The position numbers were made by a program, and so were the translations under genes. A stretch of DNA of 64,000 bases from a bacterium (GTDB lineage: Bacteria; Krumholzibacteriota; Krumholzibacteriia; G020349025): assembly GCA_031362565.1 (NCBI GenBank), contig JANLSU010000067.1, positions 32,001-96,000 on the forward strand, given 5' to 3'. Each line of letters starts with the position of its first letter. The stretch's first letter is position 1. Shown here in pieces: positions 50,287-60,742 of this stretch. The notes beneath the pieces are model-generated. The model did no database searches. It was given only the letters and a program-made list of their open reading frames with translations, and had not been told where the DNA came from.

Positions 50287-51659
50287 TGCCGTACGTCCAG
50301 CACACCGCCGAGGACCAGCAGGAGATGCTGCGGGCGATCGGCGTTCGCCGCATCGAGGATTTGTTCGAGTCGATTCCCGAGAGCATTCGCCTGCGGGAGC
50401 CGCTCGGCATCGCCCGCGGCCGTTCCGAATACGAAGTCATGCGCGACATGGCGGCACTCGGAGCGCGGAACCGGCCGGCCGGCGCGCTGACGAGCTTTCT
50501 CGGTGCGGGCGTGTACGACGGTGTGATCCCGTCGGTGGTCGGGGCGATTTTGTCGCGCTCCGAGTTCTATACCGCCTACACGCCGTACCAGCCCGAGGTC
50601 AGCCAGGGGACGCTGCAGACCATCTTCGAATTCCAAACGATGGTCGCGCGCTTGATGGGCATGGATCTCGCGAACGCCTCCATGTACGACGGTGCGACGG
50701 CGCTCGCCGAGTGCTCGATGCTGATGACCGACGGCGCCAAAGACCGGCGCGTTGTCGTCCCGGCTGCTTTGCACCCGCGGTATCGCGCCGTGCTCGAGAC
50801 CTACGCCGCGGACGTCGACCTCGAAATTGTGCCGGTGCCCTGTGCGCCGGACGGCCGCATCGACATCGCGGCAATGACCGCCGCCTGCCAAGGCGGCGGG
50901 GTGCTCGTGGTGCAGCAGCCTAATTTCTTCGGCATCGTCGAGGACGTGGTGGAGATTCGCCGCGCCCTCGATACGGTGCCGGCCGCGAACCGCCCCGAAC
51001 TCGTGGCGTGCGTCGAGCCGGTGTCGCTCGGCATGCTCGTGCCGCCGGGCGCCTACGGCGCGGCGATCGCCGTCGGTGAGGGACAATCGCTCGGCCTGCC
51101 GCCGATGTTCGGCGGCCCGTACGTCGGGCTCGTGGCGTGCGCCAAAGCGCACGTGCGCAAGATTCCGGGCCGCCTGGTCGGCGCGACCGTCGATGTCGAC
51201 GGCCGCCGCGGCTACGTGCTGACGTTGCAAACCCGCGAACAGCACATCCGGCGCGAGAAGGCGACCTCCAACATCTGCACCAATCAGGCGCTCTTGGCTC
51301 TGGCGGTCACCGTGTACCTGTCGTCGCTCGGCGAGAGCGGTTTCCGTGAGCTGTCGCACATGTGCTTGGTGAACGCCCACCGGCTGGCCACCGCGATCGG
51401 CCGCCTGCCGGGCTATGCGCTGCGCTTTCCGGCGCCGTTCTTTCGCGAGTTCGTGGTGCGCTGTCCGCGTCCGGCGCGCGCCATCATCGAGGCGGCCAAA
51501 GCCGAAGGTGTGGTCGCCGGCCTGGCGGTCGCGGCGCGTTTCCCGGGCTGCTTCCCGGATGTGGACGAACGCGATCTCTTGGTCGCAGTCACCGAAAAAC
51601 GCACCGCCGCCGAACTCGACGCGTTCGCGTCACTTCTTGGCCGCTTGGGAGGCCGCTGA
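50286..51659 (+). CDS. gcvPA: Glycine dehydrogenase subunit 1
   Basis: SFLGAGVY, RSEFYTAYTPYQPEVSQGTLQ, NASMYDG, QTREQHIRREKATSNICTNQ. Confidence 0.96.
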   Translation: MPYVQHTAEDQQEMLRAIGVRRIEDLFESIPESIRLREPLGIARGRSEYEVMRDMAALGARNRPAGALTSFLGAGVYDGVIPSVVGAILSRSEFYTAYTPYQPEVSQGTLQTIFEFQTMVARLMGMDLANASMYDGATALAECSMLMTDGAKDRRVVVPAALHPRYRAVLETYAADVDLEIVPVPCAPDGRIDIAAMTAACQGGGVLVVQQPNFFGIVEDVVEIRRALDTVPAANRPELVACVEPVSLGMLVPPGAYGAAIAVGEGQSLGLPPMFGGPYVGLVACAKAHVRKIPGRLVGATVDVDGRRGYVLTLQTREQHIRREKATSNICTNQALLALAVTVYLSSLGESGFRELSHMCLVNAHRLATAIGRLPGYALRFPAPFFREFVVRCPRPARAIIEAAKAEGVVAGLAVAARFPGCFPDVDERDLLVAVTEKRTAAELDAFASLLGRLGGR

Positions 51660-53191
51660 TGGAACCGACGGTTTCGACGCCGGTGAAAGCGCCCCTTGCC
51701 GGCGTGGTGCCGGCGGCCCGCGCCAACGGCACGACGCCGACGCTGTTCGAGAAGAGCCGCGCCGGACGCCGCGCCTACCGCTTGCCGGCTTGGGAAGGCC
51801 ATGACACGCGTCCGGAGGAATTGCTGCCGGCGCATCTCGTCCGCCAGGGCTCGATCGGCCTGCCGGAAGTCGGTGAGCCGCAGCTCGTGCGGCACTTCAT
51901 CGAGTTGTCGGTGAAGAACCACCACATCGACAAGGCGTTCTATCCGCTCGGCAGTTGCACGATGAAGTACAACCCGAAGATCAACGAGGACGTGGCGCGG
52001 CTCGATGCCTTTCGCGGCATGCACCCGCTGCAGGACGATGAGGATTCGCAAGGTGTCCTGGAGGTCCTGTGGCAGTTGCGTGAAGCGCTGCAGGAAGTCA
52101 CCGGTATGGAAGAGGTCTGTCTCCTGCCGGCGGCGGGTGCGCACGGCGAGTACTTGGCGATGAAGATGATTCGCCGCCATTTCATCGCCACCGGCCATCC
52201 GGAGCGCGACCTGGTGATCATCCCGGACTCGGCGCATGGCACCAATCCGGCGAGCGTTCGCATGGCCGGCATGCGCACGGTGCAATTGGCGTCCGGCGCC
52301 GACGGCCTGCTCGATGTCGAGAAGCTGAAGGCGCTGCTCGACGATCGTGTCGCGGCCATCATGATCACCAATCCGACGACCGTCGGCTTGTTCGAGGCGC
52401 GGATCGTCGAGGTCAACGCGCTCGTGCACGCCGCCGGCGCTTTCGTCTACATGGACGGCGCCAATATGAATGCTCTGGTGGGCGTGGCGCGTCCCGGCGA
52501 CATGGGCTTCGACATCATGCACCTCAATTTGCACAAGACGTTCTCGACGCCGCATGGCGGCGGCGGCCCGGGCGCCGGCCCAATCGGCGTGCGGGGTGTC
52601 CTGCGGCGCTACATTCCCGGGCCGCGCATCGAGCGTGATGCGGGCGGCCGCTTCTGCTGGGGCCCGGCGCCGGATGGCGCCGTCGGTTCGATTCATTCGT
52701 ACTGGGGCAACTTCGGCATCCTGCTGCGGGCGCTCACGTACGTGAAGTCGAACGGTTCGGACGGATTGCGGCGCATCGCCGAAAACGCCGTGCTGAACGC
52801 CAACTACCTGCGCGCCAAACTGCGCCATGCCTACGACGTCAAATACGAACGCCCGTGCATGCACGAGGTCGTGTTGCGCGGCACCGGTTTCCGCAAGTTC
52901 GGCGTCAAGACGCTCGACGTCGCCAAGCGGCTCATGGACTACGGGATTCATCCGCCGACGATCTATTTCCCGCTCATCGTCGAAGATGCGCTGATGATCG
53001 AGCCGACGGAATGCGAGACGCTCGAGACGCTCGACCAATTTGTGGACGCGATGCTGGAGATTCGCCGCGAGATGGAAGAAAATCCCGAGGTCATTCTGCA
53101 GGCCCCGCACACGACGATCGTCCGGCGCTTGGACGAAGGCCTGGCGGCGCGCAATCTCGAACTGACGTGGGGCGGCGAAACACGCTCGTGA
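51659..53191 (+). CDS. gcvPB: Glycine dehydrogenase subunit 2
   Basis: YPLGSCTMKYNP, PDSAHGTNPAS, YMDGANMNA, HLNLHKTFSTPHGGGGPG, MIEPTE. Confidence 0.96.
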   Translation: MEPTVSTPVKAPLAGVVPAARANGTTPTLFEKSRAGRRAYRLPAWEGHDTRPEELLPAHLVRQGSIGLPEVGEPQLVRHFIELSVKNHHIDKAFYPLGSCTMKYNPKINEDVARLDAFRGMHPLQDDEDSQGVLEVLWQLREALQEVTGMEEVCLLPAAGAHGEYLAMKMIRRHFIATGHPERDLVIIPDSAHGTNPASVRMAGMRTVQLASGADGLLDVEKLKALLDDRVAAIMITNPTTVGLFEARIVEVNALVHAAGAFVYMDGANMNALVGVARPGDMGFDIMHLNLHKTFSTPHGGGGPGAGPIGVRGVLRRYIPGPRIERDAGGRFCWGPAPDGAVGSIHSYWGNFGILLRALTYVKSNGSDGLRRIAENAVLNANYLRAKLRHAYDVKYERPCMHEVVLRGTGFRKFGVKTLDVAKRLMDYGIHPPTIYFPLIVEDALMIEPTECETLETLDQFVDAMLEIRREMEENPEVILQAPHTTIVRRLDEGLAARNLELTWGGETRS

Positions 53192-54069
53192 ACCGGGCGC
53201 CAAGCATCGCAACGCAGGTGGCCGCCGCACTGCTCGGTGCGACGCTCGTGCGTGCGGGCGGCCCAGGGCTTCCCACCGAGCCGCCGGAAATCTTCTATCG
53301 CATCAACATTGCGGAACCGCGCACCAACCACGTCGATTGCGAAACGTGGTCGCAGTACGCCCGGCCGGATTCGCTCGATCTTTGGCGCTGGGCGCCGTCC
53401 TTCGCACGGATCCAGCGTGTCGAAGCCCATGTCTCGGCGGAAGGCCTGGTGCTCAACCCGCGGGGCGCACAAGAACGGCGCTATCGCGTCGAGGTGCCGC
53501 GCGGCGCACCGTTGAAATGGGAATACACCGCCGAGCTTGCGCCTGCGGATTCCATGCCGCACGCCTTTGGGCCCGCGTTCACCTGTTTTTGGCTCGGGAG
53601 TGTTCTCCTGGCTCCGGCGCGCTCGGATGTGCCGGACACTCCGGCCGTCGTGAAGGTGCTGCTCGATGCCCGATTGCCACATCATTGGAAAACCGCCGGT
53701 CCCTGGCCGGTCACCAACGGCATGTATACGGCGGCCACCGTCGGTGATTTGCTCGACGCGTTTCTGGGCTGCGGCATTTTCACGACTCGCGAGACATTGG
53801 TCGCGGCGGCCGCCTGCACGTTGCAAGTCGCGACGGCGCCGCCCCTCGTCGACAATCTCGGTGCGGAGCAATGCGCGGCACTCGCCGCCCGTTTCGGCCC
53901 CGGCCGCGCGACGGTGTTCGTCGTGCCCGGCAAGGGTGCGCCGCGCGCCTTCGTCGCGCACCGTTCGGCGCTTGTGGTCTGCCCCGCCGACGCGGCGGCG
54001 GGGTTCACGGCCGCCTGGCCGCACGCACGGAACTCGGCCGGTTGGCACGCAGGCGCGCCGTCCCAATGA
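53188..54069 (+). CDS. Hypothetical secreted protein, M61-peptidase N-terminal-like, no HEXXH
   Basis: GTGA coupling and signal-like N-terminus. YRINIAEPRTNHVD, LP.HWKTA.P, YTAATVGDLLDA resemble the M61 N-domain. Confidence 0.5.
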   Translation: MNRAPSIATQVAAALLGATLVRAGGPGLPTEPPEIFYRINIAEPRTNHVDCETWSQYARPDSLDLWRWAPSFARIQRVEAHVSAEGLVLNPRGAQERRYRVEVPRGAPLKWEYTAELAPADSMPHAFGPAFTCFWLGSVLLAPARSDVPDTPAVVKVLLDARLPHHWKTAGPWPVTNGMYTAATVGDLLDAFLGCGIFTTRETLVAAAACTLQVATAPPLVDNLGAEQCAALAARFGPGRATVFVVPGKGAPRAFVAHRSALVVCPADAAAGFTAAWPHARNSAGWHAGAPSQ

Positions 54070-54114
54070 TGATCGCGGTGGCAGGCCCTATTTGCTGCAA
54101 CTCGGCAAACCGGT

Positions 54115-54900
54115 CTATTTGAGTTTGGCGATGATTCCGGCCGCGACATCGTCCTGAGGTTCGGGCCGCAGGTCGAGTTCGGTACAGAAGCCGTGCACTA
54201 GAGCTGCAACCAGTGCCGGGTAGGACGGCGCCGATCCCAGGACATCGGCGAGGGTCGTGGTTTCGCGCCGCAAGCGTTCTTGCAGAGCCTTGCCCAGTGC
54301 GGGGTCGCGGCGCGTATCGGCGAGCAATTCCACCAGGCGCTCGTGCGCCCGGCCGGCCAAGAGTGAACCGTGCTGCAGAAAGGCATCACGGCTGCGGCGT
54401 TGTGCGCTGCCCACCAGCTTGCGGCCATCCACCAAGAGTTCAGCGCGGCCGGGTGACACGAAGCACGGGGCGCGCAAGAGGCGCCGTTCGGGATCGAGCG
54501 CCGGCCGCGACAATGCCGCGTCGACCCCGAGTTCGCGGAGTGCACTCGCCAGGCAGGCCCCGATGCGCGCTTGCGTCGCCGCTAAGTTGGCGCCGAAACG
54601 GGCGTCGCCGGTCGCCGCGACGATAGCGTAGGTGATCTCTTCCCAATGCAAGATGGCTCGTCCACCGGTCGGCCGGCGCACGACATCGATCCCCGCCGCG
54701 CGGCATGCTTCGAGGTCCAGCAAGTCCTCGGCCCGCTGCATGAACCCCACCGAGACCGCGGCTGGACTCCACGTGTACAAGCGCAGCGTTGGCGCCGTGT
54801 CACTCCGATGCGCCGCTAACAGCTCCGCATCGCGCCCCATGTGCGTCGCGCCGTCCAGGCCCGGCTCGCATCGAATGTGCAGTACGGTCGGAAATCCCAT
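54115..54900 (-). CDS. Lipoate-protein ligase / octanoyltransferase (LplA/LipM family)
   Basis: PTLRLYTW...VS.GFMQ, VVRRPTGGRAILH, CF......EL..DGRKLVGSAQRR, LQHGSL. Confidence 0.9.
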   Translation of the reverse strand: MGFPTVLHIRCEPGLDGATHMGRDAELLAAHRSDTAPTLRLYTWSPAAVSVGFMQRAEDLLDLEACRAAGIDVVRRPTGGRAILHWEEITYAIVAATGDARFGANLAATQARIGACLASALRELGVDAALSRPALDPERRLLRAPCFVSPGRAELLVDGRKLVGSAQRRSRDAFLQHGSLLAGRAHERLVELLADTRRDPALGKALQERLRRETTTLADVLGSAPSYPALVAALVHGFCTELDLRPEPQDDVAAGIIAKLK

Positions 54901-55006
54901 GGACCCAGCCTAGCACGCCGGCGCCGCGCAACCGTGGCGTGCACCGTCGTCGCGCGGTGCGCCCAGGGTGGTGCACCGGCAGGCGGAATTCGGCTAGCAT
55001 GCGCGC

Positions 55007-56566
55007 ATGGTGCGATTCACGACCGAGCGTTCAGGGTGGGCTTCGCAGTGCGCCATGGTCGTATTGCTCCTCGCCGGGTGCGGGCGTCGCGCCGCACCTC
55101 CGGTGCCGGAGTCCGGCGGCACGGTGCGCATCGCCGTGTTCCATCCACTCGACTCACCGGCGCCCGTCGCGGCGCTCGATCCGACGACAACCCAATTGCT
55201 CGAACACGTGCTGCCGCCGCTCGGGCGCATCGACGAGATCGGCAACGCCAAGGTCTACTTGGCGCGCCAGATCATCGATACCGGGGGCAGCGTCGAATTC
55301 ACCCTGCGGCATGTGCGCTGGGATGACGGGCAGCCGGTGACACCCGCGGACTTCGTGCTGGCGGCGACGTTGCTCGCCGATCCAAAGGGCGGCGAGCGGG
55401 CGCGCGTCGAGTTGCTGCGCGCCGCGACCGCCGTCAATGATTCGACGCTCCGGCTCGAGTACCTGACGATGTACGGGCGGCGCTTGCGCCATTCGTTGCT
55501 CGCCCCGGTGCCATCGCACTTGTGGACCGCGACGCAAGAACCGGCGCGCTGGGCGCCGCGCCTGGCGTGCGGCCCCTACAAGGTGGTTGGATCGGCCGGC
55601 GACCGGCTGGCGCTGGTTCGCAACGACGTGTCCGGGTTTCCACCGGCACGGCTCGATTCGGTGCAGGTCGAAGTGATGTCGCCCGACGAAGCGGTGCGGC
55701 GCTTTCTGCACGGCAGCATCGACGCCATCGAGGATCTGCCGGTGACTCTGGTCGAAAAGGTTCGGCACCACGCCAACGTCGTGGCGCTCGTCGGCCGGTC
55801 GTATGTGTTCATGGGATGGAACTTGCACGACGCGCGCTTCGGCATGCCGGTGGTGCGGCGGGCGGCGGCGCAGGCAGTCGACATGCAGCGGATCCTGCAC
55901 GACTGGACGTTGGGGTTTGGCGATCCGTCGCGCGGACCACTCGTTCCGGCGCAAGCCTTCGCCGATACGAACTCGGTGTTGCCCTACGATCCGGCGGCGG
56001 CGGCACGGGCCCTCGAAGCCGCCGGTTGGATCGACTCCGACCGTGACGGGGTGCGTGATCGCAACGGCGCGCGGCTGGCGTTTCATCTTCTGGTGCCGGA
56101 CGGCGACCCGCTGCGGGCCGGTATTGCCCGGTGTGTGTCGGACGATTTGAAAAGAGTCGGAATCGCGGCCGAAGTTCGCATGCTCTCGACCCGGGAGTTG
56201 TTGCAACGGTTGCAGAGCCGCAGTTTCGAGGCGTTCATGGGCCAGTGGTATCCCGATCCCGGGCTCGATCTCGACCCCGTCTGGCGCTCGGATTCCGGCG
56301 ATCGCCACAACTATGTCGGCTACGAGAGTCCCGTGGCGGACAGTTTGTTGACCCGCATGTGGCACGAACGGTCGGACGAAGAGCGCGCCGATGTGCTGGC
56401 ACACTTCCAGGCGCGCGTCTATGCCGACCAGCCTTATCTCTTCCTGGTCGAGCAGCCGCATTTCTTGGTGCTCGCACGGCGGATTCGCGGCGCCGAGCCC
56501 AATGTCATCTCGCCGTACTGGAACCTGCCGCAATGGTGGATTCCACGCGGTGAGCGGCAGCGTTGA
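55007..56566 (+). CDS. ABC transporter substrate-binding lipoprotein (family 5, Opp/Dpp/App-like)
   Basis: Lipobox LAGC. FTLR..RW.DG.PVT..D, GPYK, VRRA...AVD, YDP..A...LEAAGW.DSDRDGVR, NY.GY....D.L. Confidence 0.85.
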   Translation: MVRFTTERSGWASQCAMVVLLLAGCGRRAAPPVPESGGTVRIAVFHPLDSPAPVAALDPTTTQLLEHVLPPLGRIDEIGNAKVYLARQIIDTGGSVEFTLRHVRWDDGQPVTPADFVLAATLLADPKGGERARVELLRAATAVNDSTLRLEYLTMYGRRLRHSLLAPVPSHLWTATQEPARWAPRLACGPYKVVGSAGDRLALVRNDVSGFPPARLDSVQVEVMSPDEAVRRFLHGSIDAIEDLPVTLVEKVRHHANVVALVGRSYVFMGWNLHDARFGMPVVRRAAAQAVDMQRILHDWTLGFGDPSRGPLVPAQAFADTNSVLPYDPAAAARALEAAGWIDSDRDGVRDRNGARLAFHLLVPDGDPLRAGIARCVSDDLKRVGIAAEVRMLSTRELLQRLQSRSFEAFMGQWYPDPGLDLDPVWRSDSGDRHNYVGYESPVADSLLTRMWHERSDEERADVLAHFQARVYADQPYLFLVEQPHFLVLARRIRGAEPNVISPYWNLPQWWIPRGERQR

Positions 56567-56674
56567 GGGTGGCTTGGCACCGCCGGCTTGCCGTTGCGCT
56601 TGCCGGGCAGGGCGGCGGCGCGCATATTCGCCGCCGGCGGCCGCATGGTTGCGGCGGCTGGTCCTGGAGGCGAC

Positions 56675-57658
56675 GTGCTGCGCTTGATCCTGCGCCGGTT
56701 GGTGCTGGCACCGGTTCTGGTGTTCGGCGTCGCGACCGTGGTGTTCTTCACCGCCCGGCTCCTGCCGGGTGATCCGTTGGAAGGGCTCGCGACCCCCGAC
56801 ACGGATCCGCAATACGTGCCGCGAATGCGCCACCAGCTCGGGCTCGACCGGCCGCTCCCGGAACAATACGCCCGCTGGATGCAAGCGTGCCTGCTGCATG
56901 GCGATCTCGGCACCAGCCTCATCGCGCGTCGCCCGGTGCGCGACCTCTTGCGCGAAGCATTGCCCAATACGTTACGTCTGACCACCCTGGCTTTGGCATT
57001 GCGCTGGACGCTCGCGCTGACGCTCGGCATCGCGTCGGCATTGCGCCGCGGGCGCCGCGCCGAAACCGGGGTGCGGGTGCTGACCTTGGTCGTCGATGCC
57101 ATGCCGGGCTTCGTTCTGGGCGTTCTCCTGCAACTATTGTTCGCGTACAAGTTGCGTTGGCTGCCGCCGGAAGGCATGGCTTCGGTCGACGCGGCATCGA
57201 TGCCGGCGCTCGAACGCTGCGGCGATGCGCTCGCGCACTTGGCGCTGCCGGTCTTGGTGCTCGGGGTCGATGGCGTCGCGGTGCTGTCGCGCCACGTGCG
57301 GGCCAGCGTGCTGGAAGCGCTGGGCCGCGACCACGTGCGGGCGGCGCGGGCCCGCGGTCTCGACGAACGCGCCGTCGTGTGGCGGCATGGCATCCGGAAC
57401 GGCATCGCGCCGATCGTCACCTTGCTCGGCCTCTCGTTGCCCGGACTCGTCGCTGGGTCGCTGCTCATCGAAGCGATCTTCTCGTGGCCCGGCATGGGGT
57501 GGCTGACGATTCACGCCGCCCTGACGCGTGACCAACCGGTTCTGCTGGCGACGACATTGCTTGCGGCCAGCCTCGTCGTGATCGGCAATCTCGCTGCCGA
57601 TGTCGCGGCCGCGACCGCCGATCCGCGGACCCGCGAGCCGGGTGGGGCACACCCGTGA
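56675..57658 (+). CDS. Peptide ABC transporter permease (OppB/DppB-like)
   Basis: SD GGAGG. ILRRL, LPGDP, GLDRPL..QY, GDLGTS, ARARGL, IEAIFSWPGMG, DPR. Confidence 0.9.
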   Translation: MLRLILRRLVLAPVLVFGVATVVFFTARLLPGDPLEGLATPDTDPQYVPRMRHQLGLDRPLPEQYARWMQACLLHGDLGTSLIARRPVRDLLREALPNTLRLTTLALALRWTLALTLGIASALRRGRRAETGVRVLTLVVDAMPGFVLGVLLQLLFAYKLRWLPPEGMASVDAASMPALERCGDALAHLALPVLVLGVDGVAVLSRHVRASVLEALGRDHVRAARARGLDERAVVWRHGIRNGIAPIVTLLGLSLPGLVAGSLLIEAIFSWPGMGWLTIHAALTRDQPVLLATTLLAASLVVIGNLAADVAAATADPRTREPGGAHP

Positions 57659-58512
57659 CTGCACGCCCGACATCGAAACCGGCCCGCGCCCGCCGGCGCG
57701 CCCTGCGTGCCGCTCTCGCCTGCGCCGCGGTTGGCGTCTTGGTTGCCTTGCTGGCGCCGCGGTTGGCCCCGTACGATCCGTCGGCAGTCGGCGATCTCGT
57801 GCATGGCTACGGTGCACCGAGCCACGCCCATTGGCTGGGCACCGATGAGTTTGGGCGCGACGTCTTGTCGCGCCTCTTGTGGGGCGCGCGCGTCTCGCTG
57901 ACGATCGGTGGCCTGACGGCGCTCTTGGCCGGGACCCTCGGTGGGCTCGTGGGACTCGCGGCCGGGCTGCGGCCGGGGCCGGTCGACGCGATCCTGATGC
58001 GCGGCGTCGATCTCCTCTCGGCGTTGCCGCGCACGTACCTTGTCGTTCTCGTCGCCGGGCTCTTGCGGCCGTCGCTGCCGACGTTGGTCGTGGTCTTGGC
58101 GACGACCGGTTGGTTGCGCACCGCGCGTCTGGTGCGGGCCCAAGTGCACGGCGTGGCGCGCGGGCCGTACGTCGAAGCGGCGCGCGCCCTCGGCTTGTCG
58201 CCGTGGCGCATCGCGCTGCGGCACGTGTTGCCGAATGCCGCGGCGCCGCTCATCGTGTCGGTGACGGCGATGGTGGGCAACACGATTCTGGTCGAAAGTG
58301 GCCTGTCGTTTCTGGGTCTCGGCGTGCAAGTGCCGACGCCGAGTTGGGGCGCGATGGTGCAAGAAGGGCGCAAGGTGTTTCCGGAGCTGTGGTGGGTCGC
58401 GATCACTCCGAGCATCGCGATCACCTGCACCGTCTTGGCGTGCAACCTGCTCGGCGACGCGTTACGCGACGCACTCGACCCACGCTCGGCATCCACCGAA
58501 GGAGTGTCTTGA
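57655..58512 (+). CDS. Peptide ABC transporter permease (OppC/DppC-like)
   Basis: HWLGTDEFGRDVLSRL..GAR.SL, YVEAARALG, ESGLSFLGLG, GDALRDALDPR. Confidence 0.92.
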   Translation: MTARPTSKPARARRRALRAALACAAVGVLVALLAPRLAPYDPSAVGDLVHGYGAPSHAHWLGTDEFGRDVLSRLLWGARVSLTIGGLTALLAGTLGGLVGLAAGLRPGPVDAILMRGVDLLSALPRTYLVVLVAGLLRPSLPTLVVVLATTGWLRTARLVRAQVHGVARGPYVEAARALGLSPWRIALRHVLPNAAAPLIVSVTAMVGNTILVESGLSFLGLGVQVPTPSWGAMVQEGRKVFPELWWVAITPSIAITCTVLACNLLGDALRDALDPRSASTEGVS

Positions 58513-59513
58513 AGCCGCCACTTCTCGAAGTGCGTGATCTCCGCGTCCGGTTCGAAACCGAACGCGGCCCGGCGGATGTCGTGAACGGCATGTCGTTCAC
58601 CATCGCCGCGGGCGAGACCTTGGCGCTGGTCGGCGAATCGGGTTGTGGCAAGACGGTAACGGCGCTGGCGATCTTGCGTCTGCTGGGTGCGGCCGGCCGC
58701 ATTGTCGGCGGCGAGGTGCGTTTCGACGGCCGGAACGTGCTCGACCTGGCGCCGCGCGAGCTGCGCGCGTTGCGCGGCCGCGCCATCGGCATGGTGTTCC
58801 AAGATCCGGTCGCGTCGTTGAATCCCGTTTTGTCGTGTGGCGATCAGATCGCCGAGGTGGTGCGGGCGCATGCGGCCTGCAGCCGCCTGGAGGCCCGGGC
58901 GCGGGCCCTCGAATTGTTGCGCCGGGTGCGCCTGCCGGATCCGGAACGGCAAGCGCGCGCCTATCCGCATCAGATGTCCGGTGGCATGTGCCAACGGGTC
59001 GGCATCGCGCTGGCGCTCGCCGGCGCGCCGCGATTGCTCATCGCCGATGAACCGACGACCGCCCTCGATGTCACCGTGCAGGCACAACTGTGCGATTTGC
59101 TGCGCGAACTGCAGGCCGAAACCGGCATGGCGCTCTTGCTTGTGAGCCACGACCTCGGGCTGGTGGCAGGGCTCGCCGACCGCGTCGCCATCGCCTATGC
59201 CGGGCACGTCGTCGAAAGCGCGCCGGTGGAGCGTTTGTTCGCGGCGCCGCAACATCCCTACACGCGCGGCCTGTTGCGCGCACTGCCCGACATCGAAGCC
59301 GGGGCGCGGCCTTTCACCGCGATTCCGGGCAGCGTGCCGCACCCCGCCGAGGTGCCGCCGTACTGCCGGTTTCAGCCGCGCTGCACGCACCGCATCGCAG
59401 TGTGTGGTCGCGAGGATCCGGCGCCGCGCGCCGTCCAGCCCGAGCACTGGGTCGCCTGTTGGGTCGATGTCGGGGCCACCGAGCCTTGGACACCGCCGGG
59501 AGGCCGGGCGTGA
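58509..59513 (+). CDS. Peptide ABC transporter ATPase (OppD/DppD-like)
   Basis: [46 protein letters not shown]. Confidence 0.93.
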   Translation: MKPPLLEVRDLRVRFETERGPADVVNGMSFTIAAGETLALVGESGCGKTVTALAILRLLGAAGRIVGGEVRFDGRNVLDLAPRELRALRGRAIGMVFQDPVASLNPVLSCGDQIAEVVRAHAACSRLEARARALELLRRVRLPDPERQARAYPHQMSGGMCQRVGIALALAGAPRLLIADEPTTALDVTVQAQLCDLLRELQAETGMALLLVSHDLGLVAGLADRVAIAYAGHVVESAPVERLFAAPQHPYTRGLLRALPDIEAGARPFTAIPGSVPHPAEVPPYCRFQPRCTHRIAVCGREDPAPRAVQPEHWVACWVDVGATEPWTPPGGRA

Positions 59514-60520
59514 CGACACCACTGCTCGAAGCCCGCGATCTCGAACGGCACTTCACGGTGTCGCAGGGCTTTGGCCGGCCGTCCCTTTGGGTGCGCGCCG
59601 TGGCGGGTGTGTCGCTCACCGTCCTGCCGGGAGAAACCCTGGGTGTCGTGGGTGAGTCCGGTTGCGGCAAGTCGACTCTGGCGCGTTTGCTGGCGCGTTT
59701 GCTCGATCCGAGCGCCGGACAACTGTTGTACGACGGACACGACGCGCTGGCGATTCGCGGCGCCGCGCTGCGCGAGTGGCGGCGCCAGGTGCAGATCGTG
59801 TTTCAGGATCCGCTCGGCGCTCTCAACCCCCGCATGACCGTGGGGAGCGCCGTCGAAGAAGCGCTGACCGCGCATCGCCTTGCGCGCGGCCGGGCGGCCG
59901 GCGACCGGGTGGCGGCGCTCTTCGAGCAGGTGGGACTCGCGGCCGACCAAGTGAGCCGCTACCCACACGAGTTGTCCGGCGGGCAACGCCAGCGGGTGGG
60001 GATCGCCCGGGCGCTCGCCGTCGAGCCCCGTTTGCTGATCTGTGACGAGCCGGTCTCGGCGCTCGACGTGTCGGTGCAAGCGCAAATCTTGAATCTCTTG
60101 CGCGAACTGCAGGCGACGCTCGGCCTCTCGCTCGTCTTCATTTCGCATGACTTGCGCGTCGTGCGTTCGATGTGCACCCGCGTCGCGGTCTTGTACCTGG
60201 GGCGCGTCGTCGAGACGGCGCCGGCGGCGGATCTCTATGCCACGCCACAGCATCCGTACACCCGGGCGCTCTTGGCGGCGGTGCCGCGGCCGGTACCGCA
60301 CGCGCGCCCCGTGGCGGGGGCGCCGGGCGAGCCGCCGAGTCCGGTGCACGTGCCTCCCGGCTGCGCGTTTCATCCGCGCTGCCCCGAGCGCCGCGCCGAA
60401 TGCGACCGCGACCGGCCCGATCTGCGCCCGACCGGGCCCCTCCATGACGTGGCGTGCGTACTTTATCCCCTTGCCGCGGCTCCCGCCGGGGCCGCCCGCG
60501 TACCGCGTCTGGATCCGTAA
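59510..60520 (+). CDS. Peptide ABC transporter ATPase (OppF/DppF-like)
   Basis: GESGCGKST, YPHELSGGQRQR, ICDEPVSALDVSVQAQ, PQHPYT, GCAFHPRC. Confidence 0.93.
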   Translation: MTTPLLEARDLERHFTVSQGFGRPSLWVRAVAGVSLTVLPGETLGVVGESGCGKSTLARLLARLLDPSAGQLLYDGHDALAIRGAALREWRRQVQIVFQDPLGALNPRMTVGSAVEEALTAHRLARGRAAGDRVAALFEQVGLAADQVSRYPHELSGGQRQRVGIARALAVEPRLLICDEPVSALDVSVQAQILNLLRELQATLGLSLVFISHDLRVVRSMCTRVAVLYLGRVVETAPAADLYATPQHPYTRALLAAVPRPVPHARPVAGAPGEPPSPVHVPPGCAFHPRCPERRAECDRDRPDLRPTGPLHDVACVLYPLAAAPAGAARVPRLDP

Positions 60521-60541
60521 GCCCTTGGCAAGGCAAGCCGA

Positions 60542-60570
60542 TTGACACGTCGCCGGGGGCCTTCTATATT
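60542..60570 (+). promoter_or_regulatory. Near-consensus sigma70 promoter
   Basis: TTGACA-N17-TATATT. Confidence 0.8.
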
Positions 60571-60574
60571 GCAC

Positions 60575-60742
60575 CTGCCACTCGCGGCTGAGTCCGTTGA
60601 TCGCGCACGTCGCTCGCCCGACGCGGCAGGGCACACGGAGAGTTCGATCGCCGACCCCCACCGGTGACGGACCGTGGAAGGGTTGCATCGTCTCTCCATT
60701 TGCGTTTGGAGCGACGCGCGGGCTCATAACGCCATTTTGCGA
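60575..60742 (+). promoter_or_regulatory. Structured 5' leader (candidate cis-regulatory RNA)
   Basis: Nested pairings TGAGTCCG/CGGGCTCA, CGTCGCTC/GAGCGACG, GGAGAG/CTCTCC, CGACCC/GGGTTG. Confidence 0.45.

Noticed and set aside
56575..56591. TGGCAC...TTGC sigma54-like site before the oppB-like gene
   Set aside because: The spacing is wrong (not GG-N10-GC).
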